DNA of 48,823 nt, from the NCBI GenBank assembly GCA_046754465.1, contig JBHHVU010000018.1, positions 1 through 48,823 of the forward strand, given 5' to 3'. The notes beneath the pieces are model-generated. The model was not told the DNA's origin and searched no databases. It saw only the letters and a list, made by a program, of their open reading frames with translations. Position numbers and translations under genes: made by a program. Shown here one piece after another: positions 18,099-28,202 of this stretch. This DNA comes from Nitrospinaceae bacterium (GTDB lineage: Bacteria > Nitrospinota > Nitrospinia > Nitrospinales > VA-1). Position 1 is the first letter of the stretch. Every line of letters begins with the position of its first letter.

Positions 18099-19259
18099 TT
18101 ATTGGCCGTCCTTTTTAATTGCGGACTGATCGAATTTTTCCTTTACCCGGAGTATCTCGGTAAGGACCGACTCGTCGCTTTCTCCACTCAGCTTGCGGGT
18201 AATAACCGGGAGAGCTTTTTCCCGAAGGAGTTCCCCCAGCGCCCACACCACATGGGCGCGGATGAGTGGTTCCGCGTCATCCAGGGCCTGGATGAGAGGG
18301 GGAACGGCCTCGGGGTCGTTAGAATTTCCAAGCGCGACGGCGACATTGCGCAAGAACCCCCTTCGCTTGGTGCGTTTGATAGGACTGTTGCGAAACCGCC
18401 GGCGAAACGCCTCATCGTCCAGTTGGATGAGGTCGATGAGCCTGCGCGTGGCCGGGGGTTCCTGGAACGCTTCCTCCGGCGTTTTAACCGCGCAGGAGTT
18501 CCAAGGGCAAACGATCTGGCAATCGTCACAGCCGTAAATCCGGTTGCCGATCGCCTTACGGAATTCCACTGGAATCACCCCCTTCAGTTCGATGGTGAGA
18601 TAGGAGATGCATTTACGGGAATCCAGAACATAAGGCGCGACGATGGCCCGAGTCGGGCAAATATCGATGCAGCGGGTGCAGGTGCCGCACCGGTCGGCCG
18701 CCTCGGCCGATTCCGGCAGCCAGACATCGGCCAGGATTTCCGAAAGGAAATACCAGGACCCGATGCCCTCGCTCAGCAGGTTGGTGTGTTTCCCGATCCA
18801 ACCGATTCCCGCCTTTTGGGCCAGGGGTTTTTCGAGGACGGGACCGGTATCCACGTACCCTCGGGTGCGGCATCCCTCGAACTCGGAGACAATTTTTTCC
18901 TCCAGTGTTTTCAGCCGGGCAGAGATCACCTCGTGATAATCCTCGTGGAGGGCGTACAGGGAAATGTCGCCGGTTCGCGCGTCTTCCAGGAAATCGAGAT
19001 TCTTTTCCGCAGTGAGATAATTGGTGCGCAGGCAGATCACGGATTGGACGCCGGGGAGCACATTTCCCGGATCCGATCGTTTTTCCGTCCACCGGCTCAT
19101 GTAAGCCATTTCCCCTTCATAGCCCAGGCCGAGCCATCGTTTGAACCGCCGCACCGCCCGGGGAATAGCCGGCCGGGCGATGCCGAACCCGTCGAACCCC
19201 AGATCCCGTGCGGCGTGTTCAATGGATTTTACTTTTTGGTCCAGCAAGCGAGAATTCAT
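18099..19259 (-). CDS. queG: Epoxyqueuosine reductase
   Basis: DYH, VDTGPVLEK, GIGWIGKH, CGTCTRCIDICPT, CISYLTIE, GCDDCQIVCPWN, HEAT-like tail. Confidence 0.96.
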   Translation of the reverse strand: MNSRLLDQKVKSIEHAARDLGFDGFGIARPAIPRAVRRFKRWLGLGYEGEMAYMSRWTEKRSDPGNVLPGVQSVICLRTNYLTAEKNLDFLEDARTGDISLYALHEDYHEVISARLKTLEEKIVSEFEGCRTRGYVDTGPVLEKPLAQKAGIGWIGKHTNLLSEGIGSWYFLSEILADVWLPESAEAADRCGTCTRCIDICPTRAIVAPYVLDSRKCISYLTIELKGVIPVEFRKAIGNRIYGCDDCQIVCPWNSCAVKTPEEAFQEPPATRRLIDLIQLDDEAFRRRFRNSPIKRTKRRGFLRNVAVALGNSNDPEAVPPLIQALDDAEPLIRAHVVWALGELLREKALPVITRKLSGESDESVLTEILRVKEKFDQSAIKKDGQ

Positions 19260-19417
19260 CGTTTATGAATAGTATTGCCGCGAAATTTTTATTCTGATAT
19301 TCTCTCATCAAAATTTCACAGGGCAAAGCCTTCAAACCCAAACTTTCGGCAAATCCCATCAATCCAAGGCAGGGGTCTTTTCCCCCGACGCGGTTTTTCT
19401 GGTAAGGAGCGGGTGGA

Positions 19418-20362
19418 ATGAAGAAAACGAGTTTTATTTATAACCCCCTTTACCTGAAACACGAGACCGACCCCCATCCGGAAAGTCCCGCACGGTTGAC
19501 CTCCATTTACCGCCGGGTCCAATCCTCGGATATTTTTGCGGATCTCATCCTCACCGAACCCCGCCGGGCCACCGAAGAAGAGATCGCGATGAATCACGGC
19601 AAGGGATATATCGAGTCGGTCCGGATGAGTTGCGAGGAGGGCACCCGCCAATTGGACGCGGACACGGTCATCAGCCGGGATTCCTTTGAAGCGGCCCTTC
19701 TGGCCGCCGGGGCGGGGCTGACGGCGGTGGACCGCGTGCTCGACGGGACGAGCGACAACGTGTTTTGCGCGGTGCGCCCGCCCGGACACCACGCAGAACA
19801 AAACCGGGCGATGGGATTCTGCCTGTTCAACAACGTGGCGGTCGCCGCCCGCTATGCCTTGAACCGGAAAAGCGTGAACCGGGTTTTCATCTTCGACTGG
19901 GATGTCCACCACGGCAACGGCACCCAGCACGCTTTTTACAACGATCCTTCCGTTTATTATTCCAGTGTTCACCAATACCCATTTTATCCCGGAACCGGGG
20001 CGGAAGACGAGACCGGGTCCGGGGACGGCCTAGGAACCACCCTCAACTTCCCCTTGCAGGCCTGTTCGGGGGACCGGCATTACCTCGATCTCGTCGAGCA
20101 TCGGCTGATTCCGGAAATGATCCGCTTTAAACCCGACCTGATCCTTCTTTCAGCGGGGTTTGACGCCCATAAGGGCGATCCGTTGGCCAACATGGAAGTT
20201 TCCACCGAGTGTTATGGTAAAATGACTGAAATGATCGGCCGGGCCGCCGGGGAAATTTGCGGGGGCCGGTTGGTCTCCATGCTGGAAGGGGGCTACAGCC
20301 TGAATGATTTGAGCGATTCCGTGCTCATTCACTTACGGTGCTTATTAACCGATTGCCCATAG
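19418..20362 (+). CDS. Zn-dependent histone-deacetylase-family protein
   Basis: HPESPARL, RPPGHHA, GFCLFNN, DWDVHHGNGTQ, SAGFDAH, LEGGY. Confidence 0.95.
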   Translation: MKKTSFIYNPLYLKHETDPHPESPARLTSIYRRVQSSDIFADLILTEPRRATEEEIAMNHGKGYIESVRMSCEEGTRQLDADTVISRDSFEAALLAAGAGLTAVDRVLDGTSDNVFCAVRPPGHHAEQNRAMGFCLFNNVAVAARYALNRKSVNRVFIFDWDVHHGNGTQHAFYNDPSVYYSSVHQYPFYPGTGAEDETGSGDGLGTTLNFPLQACSGDRHYLDLVEHRLIPEMIRFKPDLILLSAGFDAHKGDPLANMEVSTECYGKMTEMIGRAAGEICGGRLVSMLEGGYSLNDLSDSVLIHLRCLLTDCP

Positions 20363-20377
20363 AATTATAAGGGCACC

Positions 20378-22843
20378 ATGCTGCAACAATACATCCGGTA
20401 CTTCACCAACAAGGTTATCGAGGCGCTGAACATCGGTTCGATGGAAATGATCAATATGCGCCAGGAACTGTTGACGCCCGATTTCATCCTCGTCGGCCTG
20501 CTCGAACAGCAGGATTCCATGATCGTGGAATTTTTGGAGACCACCTTTCCGGAAGACAAGACCCTCGCCAACAAACTTCTGGAAAAAGTTTTCCAGGCCC
20601 AGCAGGACCAGCAAAAATTCAAGGGCACCAGTATTCAGCATATCCACTTGGCCAAGGAAACGGAAACCTGTTTTGAAATCGCGCTGGAGGAGGCCAAAAA
20701 ACTTGGAGATAAATACATCGGCGTCGGCGCCGTTTTTCTCGCCTTGCTGGATCCCCGCGTGGGAAGGGTGGCTACGATCCTGGCCGATGCCGGCCTCAGT
20801 TACAACAAGGTCAAGGAAGAACTTGAAATCATGCGTGGGGGCCGCACGATCGATGAAAAGGACGCGGAGGGCAAGTTTCAGGCTCTCGACCAGTACACGA
20901 CCGATTTGACCGACCGCGCTCGCCGGAATGAACTGGATCCCGTGATCGGCCGGGAAAATGAAATCAACCGCATCATTCAGATCCTTTCTCGCCGGAAAAA
21001 GAATAACCCGGTCCTCATCGGCGAGCCGGGGGTGGGGAAAACCGTTATCGTGGACCGTTTGGCCCAAAGGATCGTAAACGCGGAGGTCCCCAATTCCCTG
21101 ATGAACAAGCGGGTCAAGGTGCTCGAGATGTCCGAACTCATCGCCGGGGCCAAAATGCGCGGTGAGTTTGAGGAACGCATGAAAATGGTTAAGGATGAAA
21201 TCATCGCCGCCCGTGGCAACATCATCCTCTTCATCGACGAACTGCACACCATCGTCAGCGCCGGGGCGGGGGCCGGCGGGGTGGATGCTTCCAACATGCT
21301 CAAGTCCGCTCTCGCCAAGGGACAACTCCAGTGCATCGGCGCCACGACGACCGATGAATACAAGAAACACATCGAGGAGGACAAGGCGCTGGCGCGCCGG
21401 TTTCAGCCCATCCTCATCCAGGAACCGTCGGTGGAAATGACCATTAAAATTCTGGAAGGGCTCAAATCCAAATACGAAAAACATCATTCCATCGTTTTCA
21501 AGAAGGAGGCGATGGTGGCCGCGGCCAGCCTGTCCGAAAAGCATATTTCCGACCGCGCCCTGCCCGACAAGGCGGTCGACCTCCTGGACGAAGCCGGATC
21601 CAAAAAACACCTGGCTCTCATCAATGTTCCGCCGGGCATCCGTGAACTGGAAAACGAAAAGAACCGGCTGACCCAGCAGCAGAATGAACAATTCGCCCAG
21701 CAGAATTTCCAGGAGGTGGCCGAGCTGCGGCAAAAAATCATCGAGTTGGATAAAAAGCTGGTCCAGGAAAAGGAAAAATGGAAGAAAGAGCTGGAGGGGC
21801 TGGATGCTTACGTGACCGAGGAAGACATCGCCAACGTGGTGGCTACCTGGACGGGGATTCCGGTCGACAAGATCAAGGAGACCGAGAAGGACAAACTGAT
21901 GTGCATGGAGGACAATCTTCACAAACGCGTGGTGGGGCAGGACAATGCCATCATAGCGGTCAGCAACGCCATTCGTAGAAACCGCGCGGGCCTCAAGGAG
22001 AAAAACAAGCCCATTGGGAGTTTTCTTTTCCTGGGGCCCACCGGGGTGGGGAAGACCGAGTTGGCCAAGGCGTTGGCTGAGTTCTTGCTCGACGATGAAA
22101 ATCGCATCATCCGCCTCGACATGTCGGAATACATGGAAAAACACACCGTATCCAAAATCATCGGGTCGCCCCCCGGCTATGTCGGGTACGACGAAGGCGG
22201 ACAGTTGACCGAAAAGGTCCGGAGAAACCCCTACACCGTGATCCTCCTAGACGAACTGGAAAAAGCCCATCCGGACGTATTTAATATTCTCCTCCAGCTC
22301 CTGGATGACGGCCGGCTCACCGACGCGCATGGCCGGGTCACGAGTTTCAAAAACGCCATCATCATCGGGACCTCCAACGTGGGGTCGCAATCGATCTCCG
22401 AAACCCAAAAGGGCATCGGTTTCGGCACGCCCATGGAAACTTCCAAGAAATACAAACAGGTCAAATCCCTCGTCCTCAGCCAGGTGAAAAAACTTTTCAA
22501 ACCGGAATTCATCAACCGGTTGGACGACCTCATTGTCTTCCATTCCTTAAGCCGGAAGGATATCCGCCGAATCGCGGATCTCATGATTGTCAACCTGAAC
22601 AAGCGCCTGCAAGATCAAAATCTGAGTATCGAGGTGAGTTCCCGGGCCATCGACCAATTGTCGGAAGAGGGGTTCAGCGAAGTGTACGGGGCGCGTCCCC
22701 TGAAACGGCTGATCGAAGACAAAATCGAAAACCCCATTTCGATGAAAATCATCAATGGCGAGTTTGATTTTGGCGACTGTATCATCGCCGATTATGCGGA
22801 TGGGAAATACACGTTCAGGAAATCTTCCAAACCATCCAGTTGA
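20378..22843 (+). CDS. clpC: Clp protease ATP-binding subunit, ClpC type
   Basis: Clp N-domain, AAA1 GEPGVGKT, short UVR-type middle coil, AAA2 GPTGVGKT, GYVGY, ClpP-docking IGF loop, GARPL. Confidence 0.9.
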   Translation: MLQQYIRYFTNKVIEALNIGSMEMINMRQELLTPDFILVGLLEQQDSMIVEFLETTFPEDKTLANKLLEKVFQAQQDQQKFKGTSIQHIHLAKETETCFEIALEEAKKLGDKYIGVGAVFLALLDPRVGRVATILADAGLSYNKVKEELEIMRGGRTIDEKDAEGKFQALDQYTTDLTDRARRNELDPVIGRENEINRIIQILSRRKKNNPVLIGEPGVGKTVIVDRLAQRIVNAEVPNSLMNKRVKVLEMSELIAGAKMRGEFEERMKMVKDEIIAARGNIILFIDELHTIVSAGAGAGGVDASNMLKSALAKGQLQCIGATTTDEYKKHIEEDKALARRFQPILIQEPSVEMTIKILEGLKSKYEKHHSIVFKKEAMVAAASLSEKHISDRALPDKAVDLLDEAGSKKHLALINVPPGIRELENEKNRLTQQQNEQFAQQNFQEVAELRQKIIELDKKLVQEKEKWKKELEGLDAYVTEEDIANVVATWTGIPVDKIKETEKDKLMCMEDNLHKRVVGQDNAIIAVSNAIRRNRAGLKEKNKPIGSFLFLGPTGVGKTELAKALAEFLLDDENRIIRLDMSEYMEKHTVSKIIGSPPGYVGYDEGGQLTEKVRRNPYTVILLDELEKAHPDVFNILLQLLDDGRLTDAHGRVTSFKNAIIIGTSNVGSQSISETQKGIGFGTPMETSKKYKQVKSLVLSQVKKLFKPEFINRLDDLIVFHSLSRKDIRRIADLMIVNLNKRLQDQNLSIEVSSRAIDQLSEEGFSEVYGARPLKRLIEDKIENPISMKIINGEFDFGDCIIADYADGKYTFRKSSKPSS

Positions 22844-22857
22844 AGGCCGCGTCTGCC

Positions 22858-23388
22858 ATGAACGCTTCTCCCGGGGTTCCGGAAAGAAAATTGTTGACCC
22901 TGGCGATCCTGGTGGCCCTGGGGGTGATCCTCCACAGGGTCGAGGCGCTGCTTCCGCTGCCGTCTCCCTGGGTCAAACTGGGACTCGCCAACATCATGAC
23001 CCTGGTGGCGCTGGTGTTCCTCGGGTTCCGGGAGGCCCTGGTGGTGACGGTCTTGCGGATCATCCTGAGTTCGATATTTGGGGGGACGTTTTTGGGTCCC
23101 ACGTTTTTCCTGAGCTTTATTGGAGGGTTGGCGGCCATGGGGGCCATGGTTCTGGCCTATCGGCGGGGAGGCGGGCCCTTCAGTCTGGTGGGCGTCAGCA
23201 TTGCCGGAGCATATGCGCATACATTGGCGATCACCTTCTGCGTGTACCTGTTTTTTATACGCAGCGCGGCCTTCCTTCATATCCTGCCGGTGTTTTTTTG
23301 CCTGTCCCTTGTTTCAGGCCTGTTGACGGGAGCCGCGGCGAATGTTCTCACTGGCAAACTGGCCGGGGAATCGGTCGCTTTCAAATAA
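22858..23388 (+). CDS. Gx-transporter / heptaprenyl-diphosphate synthase component-I family membrane protein
   Basis: E...P.P.PW.KLGLAN, LR, S..GG, SLVGVSIAGA..H motifs. Confidence 0.85.
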   Translation: MNASPGVPERKLLTLAILVALGVILHRVEALLPLPSPWVKLGLANIMTLVALVFLGFREALVVTVLRIILSSIFGGTFLGPTFFLSFIGGLAAMGAMVLAYRRGGGPFSLVGVSIAGAYAHTLAITFCVYLFFIRSAAFLHILPVFFCLSLVSGLLTGAAANVLTGKLAGESVAFK

Positions 23389-23461
23389 CCGGGCGGACGC
23401 GGGTCCCTGAAAATTCCCAGGGGTGCGGGAAGGGAACACTTCCATGCCGTGAAAAAAATCT

Positions 23462-23490
23462 TAGACATTTTTCTCCCGTTATTTTAAACT
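23462..23490 (+). promoter_or_regulatory. sigma70-like promoter for DUF5989 copy 1 and the GT2
   Basis: TAGACA-N17-TAAACT. Confidence 0.5.
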
Positions 23491-23523
23491 TCCTGCAATG
23501 ATTTCCGTTTGTTCAAAATCTCC

Positions 23524-23703
23524 ATGAAACTTCCACCCGGCGCCGAAAGCAAGATATCGATTTTCTCCGAAATCTGGGGATTTCTGAAAACCCGGAAAAA
23601 GTGGTGGATCGCTCCCATCATTTTTATCATGCTGCTGATGAGCCTGCTGATCATTTTGACGGAGGGTAGCGCCGTCGCTCCTTTTATATATACTCTTTTT
23701 TAG
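23524..23703 (+). CDS. DUF5989/SxtK-like single-TM micro-protein, copy 1
   Basis: FL..RKKWW.API - TM helix - GSAVAPFIYTLF-stop. Confidence 0.85.
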   Translation: MKLPPGAESKISIFSEIWGFLKTRKKWWIAPIIFIMLLMSLLIILTEGSAVAPFIYTLF

Positions 23704-23715
23704 ACCGCGGTCTTT

Positions 23716-24405
23716 GTGAAACTATCCGTCGTCATCCCCATCTATAACGAGAAGAATACGATCCGGGAAATCATCCGCAAGGTGGAATCCGTCCCCTTCG
23801 ATAAGGAGATCCTTTTGATCGATGACGGGTCCACCGACGGGACGGGAGAGATTCTCAAGGAGTATGAGGGCCGGGAGGGGTTTCATGTGCTCCGTCATCC
23901 CAAAAACCAGGGCAAGGGGGCGGCCTTGCGCACCGGGTTCCGCCAGGCCGCCGGGGACGTCCTCATTGTCCAGGACGCGGACCTTGAATACGATCCCCGT
24001 GACTACGGCATTCTGCTGGAGCCCATTCAGGATGGACGCGCCGATGTGGTGTTTGGGTCCCGGTTTTTGGGTGGACCCCATCGCGTGCTATTTTTCTGGC
24101 ATTACGTCGGGAACAAGGTTCTCACCACCATCTCCAACATGTTCACCAATCTGAACCTGACGGACATGGAGACCGGTTACAAGGTCTTCACCCGAAAGGT
24201 GATTGAAACCATCCACATCAAGTGCGATCGTTTCGGGTTCGAACCGGAGATCACCAGTAAAATTTCCAGAAACCGGTTCCGGATTTACGAAGTGCCCATT
24301 TCCTACAGCGGCAGGGATTACGCGGAAGGCAAGAAAATCACCTGGAAGGATGGGGCCGCGGCGCTTTGGTTTATTTTTCGATTCCGCTTCCTGGATTTCT
24401 CCTGA
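23716..24405 (+). CDS. GT2 glycosyltransferase (DPM1 / polyprenol-phosphate glycosyltransferase-like)
   Basis: SVVIPIYNE, DDGSTDGT, N.GKG, QDADLEYDP, GSRF, TDMETGYK, FGFEPE. Confidence 0.92.
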   Translation: MKLSVVIPIYNEKNTIREIIRKVESVPFDKEILLIDDGSTDGTGEILKEYEGREGFHVLRHPKNQGKGAALRTGFRQAAGDVLIVQDADLEYDPRDYGILLEPIQDGRADVVFGSRFLGGPHRVLFFWHYVGNKVLTTISNMFTNLNLTDMETGYKVFTRKVIETIHIKCDRFGFEPEITSKISRNRFRIYEVPISYSGRDYAEGKKITWKDGAAALWFIFRFRFLDFS

Positions 24406-24449
24406 GGGAGGGAACGGGAAGCCTAGGCCGGTTCACCAAGCCTGCCGGG

Positions 24450-24854
24450 TCAATCCGATTCCAGGGATTCGCCGCAGAAATCGCATACCGTGTCTTGGGA
24501 AAGAACCACGTGTCCGCAGGATGAGCAGGTGGTGAACTTTTCGTGTTCCTCGATCCTTTGCCGCGCCTGGTTCACGTCTTCCTTTTTCACCCACAACCGG
24601 ACTTTGGTCAATTCCCCCGCTGGTGCCGGCCCGGCGTGAAAGGAAACATTTTCCAATTGGCAGGGAATCCCCTCGTTCTCCAGAAACCCGCGTAGAATGT
24701 AAGCGTTTTCCTCCTGGATGATCGTGCAGACCACTTCAAGATCCCCGGCTTGAAGTTCCACGTTTTCCAGGGATTCCACAAGGGCCACCTGGCACTCCGG
24801 ACAGGTTTTAATATCCTGGCGAAACTCTTCTTTACATTCCGGACAAATCGGCAT
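24450..24854 (-). CDS. DUF2007-like protein flanked by two zinc ribbons
   Basis: CPEC..CPEC at the N-terminus, A..LRGFLE.EGIP core, CSSC..CDFC at the C-terminus. Confidence 0.75.
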   Translation of the reverse strand: MPICPECKEEFRQDIKTCPECQVALVESLENVELQAGDLEVVCTIIQEENAYILRGFLENEGIPCQLENVSFHAGPAPAGELTKVRLWVKKEDVNQARQRIEEHEKFTTCSSCGHVVLSQDTVCDFCGESLESD

Positions 24855-24949
24855 GGTTGATCCTTTTTTAAGGAAAGGGTTGATTTTGTTCCAGCGTCTT
24901 GCCTATCCGGGGGCTTATCCCCCGGGTCGTTCTGGACGGCCGGAGGGTT

Positions 24950-26308
24950 TCAATCGAATTTATCGATACTGCCATCCCGGATTCCCCGTTCGAACTTCCC
25001 GGTTTCCCGGACCAGGAAACCACTCAGCAGTAAAAGGCCGATCAGGTTGGGGACGGCCATCAAAGCATTCATCACATCCGAAAAATTCCAGACCAAATCC
25101 AGTTTGACCACTGCGCCGAGGAACACGAATGCCACCCAGACATACCGGTAATACCGGACCCACCGGACGCCGGCCAGATACTCAAAACATTTTTCTCCAT
25201 AGTAACTCCAGCCCAGGATGGTGGAAAATGCGAAATTGATGATGCACAAAGTAACGATCCATTGCCCCCATTGTCCCGGCAGCGCCGCTGAAAAGGCCCG
25301 AATGGTCAAGGCGACACCCGTGGCGCCGGACTCCCAAGCCTGGGTCGCGGCCAGAGCCAGGGCGGTGAACGAGCACACGACGATCGTATCCAGGAAGGTG
25401 CCAGTCATGGAAACCAGCGCCTGCTTGGCGGGCTGGTTGGTCCGCGCCGCCGCCGCCGCGATGGGGGCGCTTCCCAGGCCCGATTCGTTGGAAAAAAGGC
25501 CCCGCGCGATGCCGTACCGGATCGTTTGAGTGACGGACGCGCCCGCGAACCCGCCCGCGGCCGCCGCCCCGGTGAACGCCTGCTGGCCGATCGAAACCAA
25601 CCCCGGCCAGAGATCAGACAGGTTTCCCGCAATGATGATGACGGTTCCGCCAAAGTATAGCAGAACCAGAAAAGGAACCAAAATCGATGACACCTGGGCG
25701 ATCCGCCGAATCCCGCCGAGAATCACCAGCGCCGTGAGCCAGGCCAGGAGAAACCCCACCGGAATTTTCGGGATGCCCGTCACCTGGGTGATGGCTTCGG
25801 CGGTGGTGTTGGCCTGCACCATGTTACCGATACCAAATGCGGCCAAGGCTCCAAACACGGCAAAACAGGTTCCCAGCCATTTTTGCCCCAACCCTTCTTC
25901 CAGGTAGAACATGGGCCCTCCTGAAATTTCCCCGTTGGGGTTGACTTGGCGGAACCTGACGGCGAGAAACCCTTCGCTGTATTTGGTGGCCATGCCGAAC
26001 AGTGCGGTCACCCACATCCAGAACACCGCGCCCGGTCCACCCAGGGCCACGGCCGTGCTCACTCCGGCGATGTTGCCGACACCGATGGTGGAGGCTAAAG
26101 CCGTCATCAACGCTCCAAAATGAGACACGTCGCCCACGCCTTCCCGTTCTTTGGAAAACGCCAGCCGCAAGGCGTAAAAGAGCAGGCGGAATTGAATGCC
26201 CCGCAGGCGGATGGTCAGCAGGATGCCGGTCCCCACCAATAAAAACAGAAGCCAGGGACCCCAAAGGACCCCGCTCAAATCATGAAAAAATTTGTTTAAG
26301 GAAACCAT
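24950..26308 (-). CDS. Alanine/glycine:cation symporter (AGCS family)
   Basis: IGVGNIAGV, GGPGAVFWMW, GGPMFY, GG..RI, RGLFSNESGLGSAP. Confidence 0.95.
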   Translation of the reverse strand: MVSLNKFFHDLSGVLWGPWLLFLLVGTGILLTIRLRGIQFRLLFYALRLAFSKEREGVGDVSHFGALMTALASTIGVGNIAGVSTAVALGGPGAVFWMWVTALFGMATKYSEGFLAVRFRQVNPNGEISGGPMFYLEEGLGQKWLGTCFAVFGALAAFGIGNMVQANTTAEAITQVTGIPKIPVGFLLAWLTALVILGGIRRIAQVSSILVPFLVLLYFGGTVIIIAGNLSDLWPGLVSIGQQAFTGAAAAGGFAGASVTQTIRYGIARGLFSNESGLGSAPIAAAAARTNQPAKQALVSMTGTFLDTIVVCSFTALALAATQAWESGATGVALTIRAFSAALPGQWGQWIVTLCIINFAFSTILGWSYYGEKCFEYLAGVRWVRYYRYVWVAFVFLGAVVKLDLVWNFSDVMNALMAVPNLIGLLLLSGFLVRETGKFERGIRDGSIDKFD

Positions 26309-26578
26309 ACCCTGGAGAAGGTCATCGGCGGGGAGCCTGTTCGCTGAGCATGAATGGATAATGAGAATTTTCCGGGAAACCGCGCGGCTTTCCGGAGGAC
26401 CGGGTCATTTGAATTTCCCTGGCTTGGGGTATCCCTCCGCCCGGCTCCCGGCCGGGAGGGGAGGCTATTATAACAAGGGGGCGGGCGGGTGTGCTAAAAT
26501 ATTCTGGCGAAACCGGGATAATGCGGTCCCTATCGAGCACCGGAAAACGGCGGCCCCTTTTCTTCCTCAAGGCAAACC

Positions 26579-27034
26579 ATGACTCAGAACCGGCTGGAAT
26601 ACATCTCCGAAAATATTTTCAAACTCAGGGAGCACGAGCGGTGGATCGGTAATTATCTTTATGATGAATTCGATAACGTCCTCGCCCGGATCCAGGCTTT
26701 GCTGGCGGAACCGGAAACTTACCGGTCCCGTTACCTGGTTGTCATGCTCGGGGGCATGTTGAGTATTGAGGGAAAAACCATTCTCCTCCCTGTTGAGGTT
26801 TGTAAACCCGTCGATATGGGGAAGGTGAAAACGGCATGGAGAAAAGAGTCGCTGATGGACGCCCCCAGCCCGCTGGACCCGCGAAAGGTCAGCCAGGAGG
26901 AAGAGGAACGGATTCTGGATTATTTCGATCTGGAACCCCATTGGACGGCGGAACCCTCCCCGGAGATCAAGCAAAAGAATGAGGACCTTCCCGCCCAAGG
27001 GAGCGGGAACCCCAACCGGAACCTTATTTTTTGA
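26579..27034 (+). CDS. PRC-barrel-like domain protein
   Basis: IG..LYD...RI..LL.EP...RYLVV..GG......ILLP and a C-terminal EE.ILDYF...PHW pattern. Confidence 0.6.
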   Translation: MTQNRLEYISENIFKLREHERWIGNYLYDEFDNVLARIQALLAEPETYRSRYLVVMLGGMLSIEGKTILLPVEVCKPVDMGKVKTAWRKESLMDAPSPLDPRKVSQEEEERILDYFDLEPHWTAEPSPEIKQKNEDLPAQGSGNPNRNLIF

Positions 27035-28133
27035 CCAACTCCCGGGGTGCGGTTTTTTGAAGGATACGCCCCACCGCTTCCGAAACGTCCTTGACGCCGA
27101 TATCCTCCAGGCAATACGGCTTGTTATGAGGGGAGGGTTTGCAGTCCCTGAAAAACCGTTGCCGGCACGGGGAGCAAGGGTAGTTTTTTGTTACCATCTC
27201 CTGCCTTTCGGGGTCGATGAAGGGTCCTGAAGTGCCGGGACTTCCCGGACCGAAAATGCCCACCACCGGTGAGTTCATCATGGCCGCGAGGTGGATCATC
27301 CCGCTGTCGTTTCCGATGAATAACCGGCTGGTTTCCAGCAGGGCCGCGATGTCTCTAAGGTGTAAGCCGGAGAGAATATGGGCCGTATCGGGAGGACAGA
27401 ATTTCCGGATATTTTCCAGCAGGGCGGTGTCGGCCTTGCTTCCCAGGAGAATGAACTTGACCCGGTATTCCTTGGCCAGTTTTTGGCATAAGATTCCGTA
27501 CCGTTCCGCGTGCCAGCCCCTTTGAGGTTTGGAGGCGCCGGGAGCCAAAACGATCAGAAAATCGTTTTCCTCCAACCCGATCGTTTCAAGGATTTCCTGG
27601 ACAGACCGGTCCGCTTTTCTTGTCTTCAATGAGTCAAACGCCATTTCAGGCGGATCCAGTTTGAGAGGGGCGAGGATATTGAAATAATAGTTTACCCGGT
27701 ATTCGGCGATCTTCTCGCGCGAGGTGACGGGGAGGGCGTGCGTGAGAAAGAGTTCCCTGCCCTCCGTGTTGTAACCCAGACGGTTTTTGGGGCCGGCCAA
27801 AACCAGCAGAATGGCGCTCTGGATCGAATTGGGAAACACCACTCCCAGATCGAACCGGTATTTCCTTAGGGTTCGGGCAAATCGCACCTTGTTCAAGAGA
27901 CCGCTGTTTTCCTGGGAAGGCATCGTCAAGACGGTATCAATGGCCGGATGGTAGAACAGAATCTCGTCGGAGGGTTTTTTCGTCACCGCGGTTATCCGAG
28001 CATGGGGATATTTTTTCCGCAGGGATTGCAGGGCCGGCAGGGCCAGGACAACATCGCCGATCCAGTTAGGCATCCACAAAAGGATGTTGTGGAAGTCTTG
28101 GTCATGCAAAGGTGTAGGAGGGGAGGGGTCCAT
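27024..28133 (-). CDS. waaF: LPS heptosyltransferase II (GT9)
   Basis: PNWIGDVV, FPNS, LAPGA, GNDSG..HLAA, FGP, CSPC. The start could extend to 28184. Confidence 0.85.
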   Translation of the reverse strand: MDPSPPTPLHDQDFHNILLWMPNWIGDVVLALPALQSLRKKYPHARITAVTKKPSDEILFYHPAIDTVLTMPSQENSGLLNKVRFARTLRKYRFDLGVVFPNSIQSAILLVLAGPKNRLGYNTEGRELFLTHALPVTSREKIAEYRVNYYFNILAPLKLDPPEMAFDSLKTRKADRSVQEILETIGLEENDFLIVLAPGASKPQRGWHAERYGILCQKLAKEYRVKFILLGSKADTALLENIRKFCPPDTAHILSGLHLRDIAALLETSRLFIGNDSGMIHLAAMMNSPVVGIFGPGSPGTSGPFIDPERQEMVTKNYPCSPCRQRFFRDCKPSPHNKPYCLEDIGVKDVSEAVGRILQKTAPRELVKK

Positions 28134-28202
28134 GCCGTGAACTATACGCCTATTTGGTAAAATTGGGAAGTTCGGCCCGCTCAATTTTTCGGTCCGGCCG
28201 GG

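Noticed and set aside
19317..19345. c-di-GMP-I riboswitch-like words (CACAGGGCAAAGCC)
   Set aside because: The GNRA-capped P2 stem and the receptor stem are missing, so this is likely coincidence.
20345..22144. 599-aa minus-strand ORF (also 4773-5891, 18102-19268, 28407-29423, 43537-44673)
   Set aside because: Antisense shadows of clpC, tnaA, queG, murA and the carbamoyltransferase, expected in GC-rich coding DNA. They carry no recognisable motifs.
26309..26480. Glycine riboswitch upstream of the Ala/Gly symporter
   Set aside because: GC-rich hairpins are present, but the GGAGA...CCGAAG...CTCTCAGG core is absent on the minus strand.
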